DNA of 64,000 bases from positions 28,457,504 through 28,521,503 of the forward strand of contig OZ037765.1 in assembly GCA_964035545.1 (NCBI GenBank), written 5' to 3'. This document shows, piece by piece, positions 25,701 through 37,302 of this stretch; position 1 is the first letter of the stretch; each line of letters starts with the position of its first letter. The translations under genes were made by a program, and so were the position numbers. This DNA comes from Bugula neritina (lineage: Eukaryota; Animalia; Bryozoa). The notes under the pieces are model-generated. The model saw only the letters and a program-made list of their open reading frames with translations, was not told the DNA's origin and did not search any database.

Positions 25701-28700
25701 TAGTGCCATTGTGCTGTGGTATAGTGACATTGTACTCTGGTATAGTGACATTGTGCTGTGGTATAGTGACATTGTGCTGTGGTATAGTGACATTGTACCC
25801 TGGTATAGTGACATTGTACCCTGGTATAGTGACATTGTACTCTGGTATAGTGACATTGTACTCTGGTATAGTGACATTGTGCTGTGGTATAGTGACATTG
25901 TACTCTGGTATAGTGACATTGTACTGTGGTATAGTGACATTGTGCTGTGGTATAGTGACATTGTACCCTGGTATAGTGATACTGTACTGTGGTATAGTGA
26001 CATTGTGCTGTGGTATAGTGACATTGTACTATGGTATAGTGACATTGTACCCTGGTATAGTGACATTGTACTGTGGTATAGTGACATTGTACTCTGGTAT
26101 AGTGACATTGTACCCTGGTATAGTGACATTGTGCTGTGGTATAGTGACATTGTGCTGTGGTATAGTGACATTGTACTATGGTATAGTGATATTATACTGT
26201 GGTATAACGTGACTGTACTGTGGTAGGTAAACAGACTAAGCGCATCAGTCAAGTCTGGAGGTGGTGCATACAGAATCGGCAAGCTACAGGCTGAAGTTAC
26301 GGAGTTACAAACTCAACTCAAAATTTCTGAAGAGACTCGTGGAAGTTTGGTGGAGCTGGTAGAGAAAATGAAAGACGACAAGGTACTGTTATAATAATAA
26401 TAACATCTGAGTGTACTAAGAATTTCTATTATCAATATGCTACATTGTATAACATAAAGTTTGAATTATTGTTCTGATCACGCTGCAGTGTTTATTTGGA
26501 GATTCATCACCTGCTTGTATCTAATAGACTGTGCCACGGTACCACAGAGCAATACAATAGTTGGTGAACTTCATGTTTTAGTAGCAGCGCCACTATTGCT
26601 TGTCCATTTGTAAGGAAATATTGGCACTGGTTATTGACTATTTTTACCTTGTTTTATTAACTGTGCTGTCATTTAGGTAACTTGTGGTCACAAGGCTGAG
26701 ATTCAAAGTCTAAAAGCTGAACTGAACCTTGTAAAGCAATCTAGTGTACGTAATCATCAGTAAGAATTATGCTCTCCTGACTTGTTTATGTGTTTCTCAT
26801 TCAAATCCCCACTTGTGTTCATCAACTTTAATATTACACTGGCAATAATAAGAAATTGTCATTTTCTGAATTTAGTGTTACTTTTTTGAGATTTTTGAAT
26901 GCATATAATTATGCTGGTGGTATTTTTATTGATGCTGTTAATGTATGAAAATAGTCTAAATATTCTATTTAATTTGTTTGTAGGGTCATACACACACATA
27001 CCCTGTAAAAAGTACCTCAAATAAAACTTCAGGTATGTCGGTTTCTGCCAGTAAGTTGTTGGTGCTTATAGTTGTTAGCTGTCTAAATCTAGTTATTTAT
27101 CAGTAAATTCTTATATTATATATTTTTGTTTTGTTGTTTTCAATTTTTATAATGTTTACATTCTTCTCTTACAAATGGCTAAATAATGCAGGAGCTCTCA
27201 GGGAACCAGCTGAGTCAATAAGAACTCAGTGCCTCAAAGAGTTGGTAGCTAAAGTCGATGAGATGAATCATGGCAAGGGAGCTGATGAGATGAGTCATGG
27301 TAAGGAAGTTGATGAGATGAGTCATGGCAAGGAAGTTGACAATATTAGTGGTGACAAAAAAACGAAAGTTGACGGGGCTACAGTCAACGATGATTCACAG
27401 GTATGTAAATAGTTGTTTATTACATTATCTGCTATTATGATAGGACAGTCTGCGAGATCCTTATTTCAGACAGTCTAGTTTTGTTGTTATCTATGTTTTG
27501 CTTTAAAGTCTGTCAACATATCCAGTGGCATGTTTCACATGCCTGTTGGCTGTGTCACTCTAAAAAGTGCATTGCTTTGGTTGATTGTAGATGGCTTATT
27601 TTTTCTAAAATAAAACGATATCAATAAGCTGCAGAATCACTGTTTTTTTCTAAAAATAAGTGTCAACATTTGTTATCTAATATAAATTTAGTTGTTTCAT
27701 TTTGCTTATAAAACCATGAATTAAAATAGTTCACCTTGCTCTCTCTATAAATTATTAAAAACGCTCAAAAGTTACAAAAAAGTCTTGTTTTTATAAATAA
27801 GTAAGGCTGTGTCCTCAATCATTGTGCGTGTGAGCAGAGCTTGAGTTATCCTGTAGTCCGAAACACCAGACTGTATGATTGGAGTTTCAAGTACTTAGTT
27901 AACAAGTTTGTCAAGCAACATTATAATCTTATTGGTCTTTATAAAATTTGTAATATCTGGCTGCATACTCACTGCTTAGGTATCTTCTCAGTATTATGAA
28001 AAAAAACTATTTTAACTCTGTGAGCACAACTCCGAAGAGCATGCTGTCAAATGATGTCTAAACTCATTTGATATGAGCTAGAATACACAATTAATTATTG
28101 AGAATCTTTCTGTTAATGAAGGTCAAGGATGTAGAAGCTGGCAGCGTGTGCAGTGATGACGCTGCTGAGATTGCGTCTGAGAGTTCTCTGTGGGAGAAGT
28201 TAGCGCCTCCTGTGCGCTTTAGCCCACGTCCCGCCATGTCTGCGACACTCATTAAACAGTCTAGCCCTGAGCCTGCTCCAGCAGGTACATGTGGTTCCAC
28301 TAGTAGTTCAACTAATAAATTAATTGGTTCATAGATCTTAATTGACTCCAAACGGCTTCCATTAAACTAATATGGAACTCAAGAGTATAATAATTTCATT
28401 TTGAGTTGATACATGTAGTAGGAAATTTTTACCTCTCTACTGTACGTAATGCATAGGTAGCAGCCGTGGTCTAGGGGTTAGAGCGCTGGCTTAGTAAACA
28501 CGAGGCCAGTAGTTCAATCTCCAGCAAAGGCTATTGGGATCTTAGGAAGGACACCCAGTCTTGTTTTTGAGTTATTTCAGCAAATTGATTAACTGTATTT
28601 GATTTGTGAGGCTTACTAGAAACAAAATCTACAAGTGATGAGACTGTAAACAGAAATGGTATTGAATATAAAATAAGGTTAACTATGTTCTAGTATTTTA

Positions 28701-31700
28701 TAAACTTTTAATTTACATCTCATTTATTCCAATAATTAAATTTCCGCGGGTAAGCTGAAGCTTAAAATAATGCTTCAGGTCATCACTTTCAAATGCTATT
28801 AACAATCTTTGTTTTTATTAGAGGTTTCATAGTAACATATTTGCTTGCACGCTGGTTTGATGTGTCACTGTAGTACCAGTTGCTTTGCTTGCACAATACT
28901 TTGCTATGATGTCATAGCAAAGTGTTCATGTATGGTCAGGTGGTGGTGTTATAAAACAATGCTATGCACGTCATCAACTAACACTTTCAGTGATCATTAC
29001 TCAACCCCCAGTCAGCCCAACTCCTGCCGAATCCATCCAATCAGATGTGCCCGAAGAAAGTTCTTTGTGGGAAAATTTAGAGCTTTACGAACCAAGGAAA
29101 TCTATTGTTCGAATGCCACCTAAAGTGGAAGTGGTTTTTGATGAGGGCTATATTGTGCCTTTATACAGTGGTTCGCGTAAACCTTTAACTGGTGCAGGTA
29201 ACACTTTATCCATGACTGGAATTTGTATGTTATATACTAACTCTGCGCTACTAACGATCACACTTTTGGTTATGCATTAGCTTTTTGAGCTTGTTTGTTT
29301 ATAATATGCATTTTTACTCGAGTTATTAGCTGCACAGTAGCTATTTGAATTGCAACTTGTCTTTCTTTGAATGTAAGCACAACACAGGGACTTCTAAAGT
29401 TTGTGATTCATTAGCCACACCTCAAGATATTTGTAGCAGCTGCTTTGTAGTGCCACATTGACCTCGATATTGAAGTTGATGAACCAAGAAATTGCAAGTA
29501 GGTTTTTATTATCCACTGGTTTCCATCACATAAGTGTACAGCTTGCACACTCTGTTGCAGGTATAGCTGCTAAGGGAGAAGATAGTGCAGAGGATAGTGT
29601 AGGGGAAGTGTCGGACATTGAAGAAGTGACTCATGATGTCGGCAGCACGTCTGTAGACCAGCCAATGGTGAGTGGCGCTGTCGAGTCTAGCATGGATCAG
29701 ACTAGACAGTCTCCTGCACTCAGCAACATGCCTGCTCAGACTGGTCAACTCGTGGAGACGAAGGATGTGGCTAGACTAAAGCAGACTGTTGCAGATCTGG
29801 AGAGACGTCTGAAGAGCAGGTATTATTGTAGACAGGACTGTGGGAGTTGATACTTTTTATGTTAATTTTAGTCAGATATATTTTATTAATCTAATATATG
29901 GAATGCGTTTATCGCATATAATTTTCCTTATTTATAAAATGCAACTTTTGCTTTCACCTCTCAATTCAAAAAACTCATTATAGCTGAGACTTGAAAAGGT
30001 CTTGTTTTGCATCTGGTTACAAAAGCCACTCAATATTTTCAGTTTATAATTTATATTTTCATCTTGTATACTGTAATACATTTATTAGAACTGGAGAGAG
30101 TCAACTATACTCTTATACGCTGTGTTTCTATGGTGTTTGTACTTCTAGAGATACGGAGATCAGAATGTTACGGAATCAGTTGAGGGAGATTGAGAAGGAG
30201 TCGAGTCTCTCGGGAGACGTGTACACTCTGAGAACTAAGCTGAAAGCTATGCAACAGGAAGTTGAGGCTGGCCAGAAGAAGATCTCCACCTTAAGAAGTG
30301 ACGTAAGATTCAATGCATTCCTATTAGACATCCGGTGCTTATTTAGTCATTCACATAGAGTACTGAGATTTGCAGTAAGGGATATTTGTGGACACAATTT
30401 TCAATGTTGAAGTTATCAGCTCTTTTACATATCTGAGACTTTCTTTATGGAAATGCTTTTTATAGATCATGTCTCGAGATAAGAACTTGACAAATCGACA
30501 AAAAGAGATTGTGGAATTGAGACTTGAGTTGAAGAAGTATACAGATGGAGATAAAGATAGAGAAGAGATTGGTAAAGAGCCGGCAGCAATATCCACTGTG
30601 CTGTCTCCTGGATCCAGACAGCGAACTCTTCAGGTAGGTTCAGATTCTTCAAGTAGGTGTGCTGACTAATGTTTATCTTTACCCGCTGCCCCACTGCCGT
30701 GTGTATGGTGATATACTAGCGCCACACGTCTTGTAGCCATTGGCTAGATTAGTCCCACCCACTACTTTAATGTTACTGCTTGTTTTCGATCAACATATAA
30801 TGCAAGATAAGGGAGCAGCCGTGGCCTAGTGGTTCGGTGCTGGCTTAGTAAACACTAGGTCAGTAATTCGATCCCCAGTAAAGGTCATTAGCTATGTTAG
30901 CAAGGGCATTCAGTCATAATTGCTCCATTGCCACAAAAGTGAAAAAGTCCTTAGCTCACTTGAAAAAATTCTTTTACATCAGAGTTTCTCACAGGGATGG
31001 CAACTATAAATCCATGCATTTATATAATGCATGTCAAAGGCAAATTTCACTTTATAATTCTACTAAACCTTTCTTCTATGTATCAGTTATTGGTGCATGT
31101 CTTGAATGCTAAAACTAACATCAGCTCTATGTGGCCTTTACCCACAAAAATATACACGACTCTACTTATTAGGCTATTGATCTGGGGTTTTCTTCTCTTG
31201 TATTAACATAACTAATGCTTTGCTATACTTGTATAGAGATTAACCTTGCGTGACTGCTTATTGCTTATCTAACGCAGATGTGCACCTCGCCAGGTAGACA
31301 AACTACCATTGAACAAGAGCCTACTCAACTCTATAAGTCTATGATTGAGAGTAAAGATTCGCATATTCAAGATCTCACAAAGAGGCTTGAAGAAAAGGTA
31401 TAAGTTGGTGCAGCTGCCTGTTTTGTCAGTCATCAACACCTTTGGGTTGAGGAGTTGTCATAACCAACCTTGAGATTTGATTGCGTTTCCTGTGATTAGT
31501 GGCTACGTTCACTGTGTTTGCTTGAACGGGCTTCCAGAGGTGACTCAGTGAACAGCCAGCATATACATGACTGAAATTTCAGTGATTTTAGTTTTTATTT
31601 AAACTGTTCGATAATTTTTGGTCAATTTCTTATTTTACCAGTTTTACAGTATCATCTTTTATTTTTATTATTAGTTGTATCTATTTTTAAAGGTGGTTCA

Positions 31701-34700
31701 TTCCATAGTGTGACTATTTATTGTTTGACTGACCTTAAAGATATTGATGGTTTGCATATAGTAGGATTTGACTGGCCATGGGTGTATTTAGTGATAAGCT
31801 ATTTTAAGATGGCTTTAAACCTTTTTCACCAAACATGGCTCATAATATAATACATGATATTAATATAATTTATATCTACAGACCGCAGCAGTTACCAGAT
31901 TAGAAAGAGAATTGACAGACTTTAAACTTGCCATTCCATCACCAAATGAGCCGAACTCATCTAAGATGAAATATTTGGACGACAGATATACTGAAGCTGC
32001 TACAAAATGCTATAATATGAAGCTAGAGGTATGCACATTGCCCTGATTGGTTGATTCAACTTGAAGACTTGCACCGTAAGATGTTTAGTGTATGCAGTCT
32101 ATAATCCTGTTGTGGGAATATAAATTTATGTTTGGCTTTTTACCATGAAAAGTTGATTTTCCCAATGTAGGTTCATATAATTTAATTTGCATGGTATTAT
32201 TAGATGAACAAGATACCAATGGAGTTTGATTAAACCCTGACAGCATACTGTAGGTTCTGTAGGGGTTTCATTCTTACTAATGGCATGTTATATCTAATCA
32301 TAAGATGTTATATAAGGTGTTATGTAAATATAAAGCAGTGACGTAAGTTCATTATGTAACATTATTGTGAACAATGCATTTAATAAAATGTGAAAGTTAC
32401 AAATTGATAAAGTATTTGTTACAAATCACCATCACATGGTATGAATAACATGTGTATTTTCTACTTTAGCACAGTGTAAGTGACTCTTTGCTTTAATAAC
32501 TGCACTCGCTTCAATATGTATATTTATGTACATTACCTGGCATTGGCTATGACCAAAGTCAGTTCACTCTATCAGTGTTTGTGTAAAGAGTTCAAAGTTC
32601 AGGTGTAGAGACGCTCTCTTTTCTGTCTGCTGCACTGCTTTTTATAGGTTTTGTGCACAATTCTTCTTTAGACTCTTTCAACTTGTGACCCACACGGATA
32701 TGTGGTTTTTTTCCTTTCACGTGATATTGTTTAAATGCATCATTTACTAGAGAAAAGTGGCTCTGGTATAGAAATAAAGATTCTTCGAAGTGTGATCCTT
32801 GTTCACGGATTTTTAAAAAGTGAACATTGAATTAAAATTAAAACTGAGTTGTTGAAATGTCGAAACAATTGATGTTGAGATAAGAAAAATTTCTGTTCCT
32901 GAGTTAGAAAGAGTTATAAAGAATGCTATTGGGGCATGACTTACAACTTCAATGCAAAACCAGGTTAAGGTTTAAGAATATTGTTATATATCAAGAAATT
33001 CATTATTTGTGGAGAGTCAGAGCTCAGTATTAACGTCTAGCTGTGCTTTATGTATGCATATATTTTTAGCTTCTAATAACTACTTATGATTTGCCTTGCT
33101 TCACTGCTGATTATACATTCAGAGAGATGAATGGAAGAGGAAGTACGATGAACTGCAGAAGGAGCACTCAAAATGTCATGCAGCGGGAGACAACAAATGC
33201 GCCAGATGCAAACTCATGAAACAAGAAATCAGACGACTCCAACGAGAATTACAACATTATAAGAAAAAGCTTATCAAAAAGGTTTTGCTTTTATTTGAGA
33301 TGTACTTGAGCCAAGTCTGCAATTACTGTATGTTGTAACTCAAATGTACATCGTCAAATCTTGAGAGTTTATGCAGTGAACCCAATAGCTTTTTCGTAGA
33401 ACATAATAAGAACTTCAACTTTGTCTAAATCTTAATTTTCTGCCCTAGTTAAAAAATCAATGAATTAGTTATCAGGAAAAATTTGATAGGACATATAAAT
33501 TATTAAACAGCATGAACCATAGTTATAGTTATATAGTTACATATATTTATATAGTTATAATTATTGCTAAAGCATCATTCAAGATGTTTGGGCCTTTACT
33601 CTATCAGCATTGAGACACAAAGACATTACAATGATGAGGGATTTTTATTTTTATGAAAATATTTTGACCTAAAATCTCATTGCTTAAAGATTAAGACTTG
33701 AAGTTAGAGTTTGTGTCTGATAGCATTAGGTAAGCTGTCTGAGTAACTACTTTCACTAGTAGCTCTTCATTCAATGTTGGAGTAATCCACTCCCACTTTC
33801 TCGTGCAAAAATTGTGGGACTCTGGTATTGCATCACCATAGATATTAGAATACACACTTGTCATTTACAAGTTTGACTTATTTTGCTCTTTCATAGCCCT
33901 AGTTTTCTCATGTTTAGAACCAATTTGGACAGGTCAGAGTTTTGCTCTCGCAGGATCCTCTTCTTCCAATTTTCTGTCTGCTAACTGATTTATCAACACA
34001 AAGTCTGTAGTCTGCTAGTGGATGTACAATACATAATAAACTGAGATTATTATGAACTGTTTGCAGGATCAGAATGCTCAAAGTGCTGATCACCTGACTG
34101 GTGACAGTGTGTCGGAACTCATTTCTCAGGCTACTGGTGATGAAATCACGAGTCTGTCAGAAGACACAAAAGCTCTTTCATCAACCAACTCGAAGCCACC
34201 TCGAAGGTATCGGCGGAAAGATAAGGACAGTCCCATTTCTTCCAGGTCTAGTATAATTCCTATAACTATTCTTGATTAAATCAAATTTATAGCAAACTAG
34301 TTTGTTCTGTAAATGGAATATAGACTTTTTGTTAATCAAAGGGATACGTCATTGTGCAAGTTCCATCGGTTTGTAAAGTTTTCAACATTTTAGTTCAAAG
34401 CCTTCACCGGAAAGGCCACACTCACTCAGTGATCATAAATTTGTGGCGAGGGTTTACGAAGTTATATCCGATTACAATCCTCAGTACTTCTCTACTAGTG
34501 GAAGGTCATCTTTAGAAGTATCCCTGATTCAGGGTCAAGAGGTCAAAGTGCTTGGTGTGTATTGCTGACTGCCTGCAAGTTCTGCTTACAAATGTTCAAT
34601 ATGTTTAAAGCTAGAGAAAGCAATTCTTACGTATTAAATAAGATAATTTTGGAGTTGTCTTCCTACTACCATCTCTGCACTAAAATATTATTTATTGCAT

Positions 34701-37162
34701 AGTCTGACATTTAAAAGTAATCATGTAAACAATAAAAATGTATATCAGTTTATGTAAGGTAGAGATTGAAAGTTTTTGAAAGAAATAGTGAATAAAGAAT
34801 TGAATCCTTGTGATCATATCCTTGTCCAGCAAATTGCTTGTCAAAAGTATCCAATACCTCTCTGTGATGAAGCATGTCTGTCACATTGTAGAGCAAGCTG
34901 ATGACAAAGGTTACTGCAGAGCTGTAGTTAATGGTAAGATAAAACTTGTTCCAATGAAGTACCTGCAGATATCTGACAATAGTGCTACTCGTACCGCCAG
35001 TGCAGCAGACATACCTGCTGTAGGCAGTTCAGCTGCCAACTTAAAGACGAGGATTAACCCACAACCTTTCACCAGTAATTGCCAGTATCAATCTGCAGAG
35101 GGAAACATTCGCCCTGTGAGAGATTCATTAAGTCAGACATTTCCATCATCTCGTCCTGCTGCCATACATCGAGCTAGGTCAGCATCTCCTATGAGATTGA
35201 ACACGTCAGCACCTTCTGCTTTACCCACTCAGTCTACAGTCAGCAATGGTCACATTATCAAGTCTTCCGTTGAACCGAAACTGTTGAGAAAGCCGCGGGC
35301 ACCAGTTGACTTGTCTGTGGAGATTGTGGCGGGCAGGAAGTTATATGTGGAGTGGAAGTACATAAGTTTCTTAGATTACTCAGCAAGAAGTAATGATACA
35401 ACAGTTACAGGGTTTAGAGTAAGTCACTGAACGTCTGTATGCCTAACTGCTGATAGTGTGAGAGTGAACTATCGGACATTAAAATGTTATAGCTATGTGT
35501 GTAGAAATTATACTTGTGTAAAAATGATGACCTGTTTTACTAGTAAGTTTATACTCATTAGTTTGTTGCATTCTCTTCTTTTTCGCCTTTGATACCGATT
35601 CTCTTACTAGCTACTACTAGTTACAGACATTTTAGAAGTTGTCTTCTATTGCAGGTGTTTTTGAATGGCAATGGCGCCATGGATATAAACTCTCCATACA
35701 ACACGGTGGCAACTCTTGACCTAACCAAGACTCAAATGACTGAACTACACACAGTCAGTGTCCAGGCTTTGGGGGTTAAGAACACCAACTCGGCTCTAAC
35801 GCATGTAGCCATTTCCCCATATATAGAAAAGAGTAAAGCTCTGACTGAAGGACCTTCTATGTCACGACCTTCAACTTTGCCCCACTCTTCAAGCAGCTCA
35901 ACTAAGAAGAGACTTGTAAGGGACATTTTAAATTCTTGAAACACAGACTGAGCATTTAACCTCTGTTGTAGCCATGTTGGAGATAGTTTTGATAACGTGT
36001 CCTGTTTATGTATTTTGATCAACTAACTTTGCATTCCATTTTAACTTTTACTGATCAAGTGATAAAGTACTTGTTTTTAATAAAGCTATTAGCATTAATA
36101 TGTACGTTCTGCATGATCTCTCTATCAATATAATTATTATCTTTTTTATTAATGCATTTTGATCAACATCTCATTTCATGTAGTTTATGGCGTACTATGA
36201 CTACGATCCAATGAAGCAAGGCCCATATAGTAAGGGATACAAGAGTTCCTGTGACGAAGAACTGTCGATGAAAACTGGCGATTTTGTCGTAGTTTATGGA
36301 GAGCCACAGGCTAATGGGTTCTGCTTCGCCGAGGTTAGAACATTTTCAGTCGTGGGACGTTTAGTTGACATATAATGTATGAAAGCACCAACTGATGCAG
36401 CTACATGTCGCACTATTACCTACTCAAAAAGCAAACACATATACACATACACTATATACTATACTGCTAATGTTATATATTGCTATGATGTGCATCTCCA
36501 CACATACATGCGAGCCAACACCTACTCTTTTGCAGCCTAACCCAATAAACACAATTTAAGCAGTTGTTGTGGCAGCTACATGTTGTACAAGTGCAACTGT
36601 TATGCTCCATCTATACTTGCATATATATATGCGTGTTGTGTGTATATTTAGCATTTACGATTCGAGTAAAAAATTAATCAGCAGTAATTTTTCAAAAATG
36701 CCAATACTTCCCGTTACACTAGAACGGAAACTGTTCCTGAAATTTTAGCATTTACTAAGTTTCTATACTAAGTTTAAGTTTGCACTATGGCCAAACAACT
36801 TTTGTACAAATATTCAAAGAATTTTTATAATGAAATGTAGATAAGTTGGTCAGCTAAATTTCTATGTGTAGTCTTTTTGCTCTGTATTTTATATTCTGTA
36901 GTCATAATCTAGATCCTGTGAAATATGTACAGTTGTACAGTATATAAACATATTCTGTAGGTATACTGTAAGTGTGATGTAAGTGTGATGTAAGTGTACT
37001 GTAAGCATTCTTTCAATTCTTGCTTATATAATAAAATTGACTGGTATTTTCCAGATCAATGGGAGGACTGGTTATGTACCTGAATCCTTCATAAGACAAG
37101 TACCAGCTGAAAATGCCAAAAGATTTGGGTTATTTGATAATGATTGCTATCTGAACAAATGA
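10735..37162 (+). CDS. Giant coiled-coil protein with C-terminal SH3-FN3-SH3 (RIM-binding-protein/TSPOAP1-like), about 3,600 aa; start codon not firmly located
   Basis: Phase-consistent exons: 10735-10873, 11699-11860, 12343-12461, 12732-12907, 13045-13164, 13502-14036, 14231-14350, 14479-14614, 15124-15236, 15810-19970, 20129-20322, 20662-20871, 21298-21541, 21629-21715, 22318-22451, 22792-22933, 23183-23332, 23716-23844, 24339-24497, 24888-25097, 25291-25401, 26227-26382, 26677-26745, 26984-27032, 27192-27400, 28122-28284, 28991-29197, 29561-29819, 30149-30302, 30466-30633, 31278-31397, 31882-32028, 33123-33281, 34068-34244, 34393-34554, 34892-35418, 35655-35915, 36184-36333, 37055-37162 (TGA). 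Heptad E/K/Q/L-rich throughout. SH3-1: VISDYNPQ...EVSLIQGQEVKVL|EQADDKGYCRAVVNGKIKLVPMKYL. FN3: PRAPVDLSVE...LYVEW...VTGFR|VFLNG...HTVSVQALG. SH3-2: MAYYDYDP...EELSMKTGDFVVVYGEPQANGFCFAE|INGRTGYVPESFI. Confidence 0.8.
15810..19970 (+). CDS. 4,161-nt internal exon (1,387 aa coiled coil) of the RIM-BP-like gene
   Basis: ORF 15819-20039, bounded by ttttag|ATT at 15810 and AAT|gtaagt at 19970; phase 0 on both sides. Confidence 0.9.
22011..22320 (+). repeat. 25-bp minisatellite (TATGTCTAGTTTACTCGTACAGGTG) x12 ending in the acceptor of exon 22318
   Basis: 12 units at 22021-22320 plus a partial unit upstream; the last cag|GTG begins the exon VSDLEHDREEL. Confidence 0.97.
22547..22695 (-). mobile_element. 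5'-truncated copy of the tRNA-derived SINE
   Basis: The reverse complement (taaacacaaggtcaatggttcgaatcccagtaaagg...gatgttaggaaagg...catcagaggttctcacagagatagcaactataaacccatg) aligns by eye to 30848-31016; the B-box is retained. Confidence 0.8.
25598..26224 (+). repeat. 21-bp minisatellite (TATAGTGACATTGT[A/G]C[T/C][G/C/A]TGG), about 30 copies, abutting the acceptor of exon 26227
   Basis: Visible tandem array; the final degenerate unit ends gtactgtggtag|GTAAACAGA. Confidence 0.97.
28459..28562 (+). mobile_element. tRNA-Thr(AGT)-derived SINE, 3'-truncated copy
   Basis: gcagccgtggtctaggggttagagcgctggcttagtaaacac...gttcaatctccagc contains an A-box, an AGT anticodon-like loop and a degenerate B-box, followed by ttaggaaggacacccagtc shared with the other copies. 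Confidence 0.8.
30811..31020 (+). mobile_element. tRNA-derived SINE, near full length (about 210 bp)
   Basis: Same head and body as the other copies; flanked by ATATAATGCA at 30795-30804 and 31022-31031 (probable decayed target-site duplication). Confidence 0.85.
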
Positions 37163-37230
37163 TGACTTGCTGACTATTGCAACAAGTTAACCTTGTTCTA
37201 GGGAGCTTGTAGGTATTGGTCCTCAAGTAG

Positions 37231-37302
37231 TGTGCTATATCTATAGCTATACATGTGCTATATCTATAGCTATACATGTGCTATATCTATGGCTATACAT
37301 GT
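37231..37302 (+). repeat. 23-bp tandem repeat x3 (GTGCTATATCTATAGCTATACAT) in the putative 3' UTR
   Basis: Directly visible, downstream of the stop codon at 37162. Confidence 0.85.

Noticed and set aside
418-26224. CRISPR-like or telomeric interpretation of the arrays
   Set aside because: Units are contiguous with no unique spacers, there are no cas genes, the context is eukaryotic introns, and the units are not telomere motifs.
25598-26282. ORFs (GIVTLYC)n, (YSDIVLW)n, (STMSLYH)n
   Set aside because: Translations of the intronic 21-bp minisatellite.
28459-28530. Functional tRNA-Thr gene (also at 30811 and 56040)
   Set aside because: The acceptor stem does not pair, the B-boxes or anticodon loops are degenerate, and all copies continue into a shared non-tRNA body, one with a TSD; these are SINEs.
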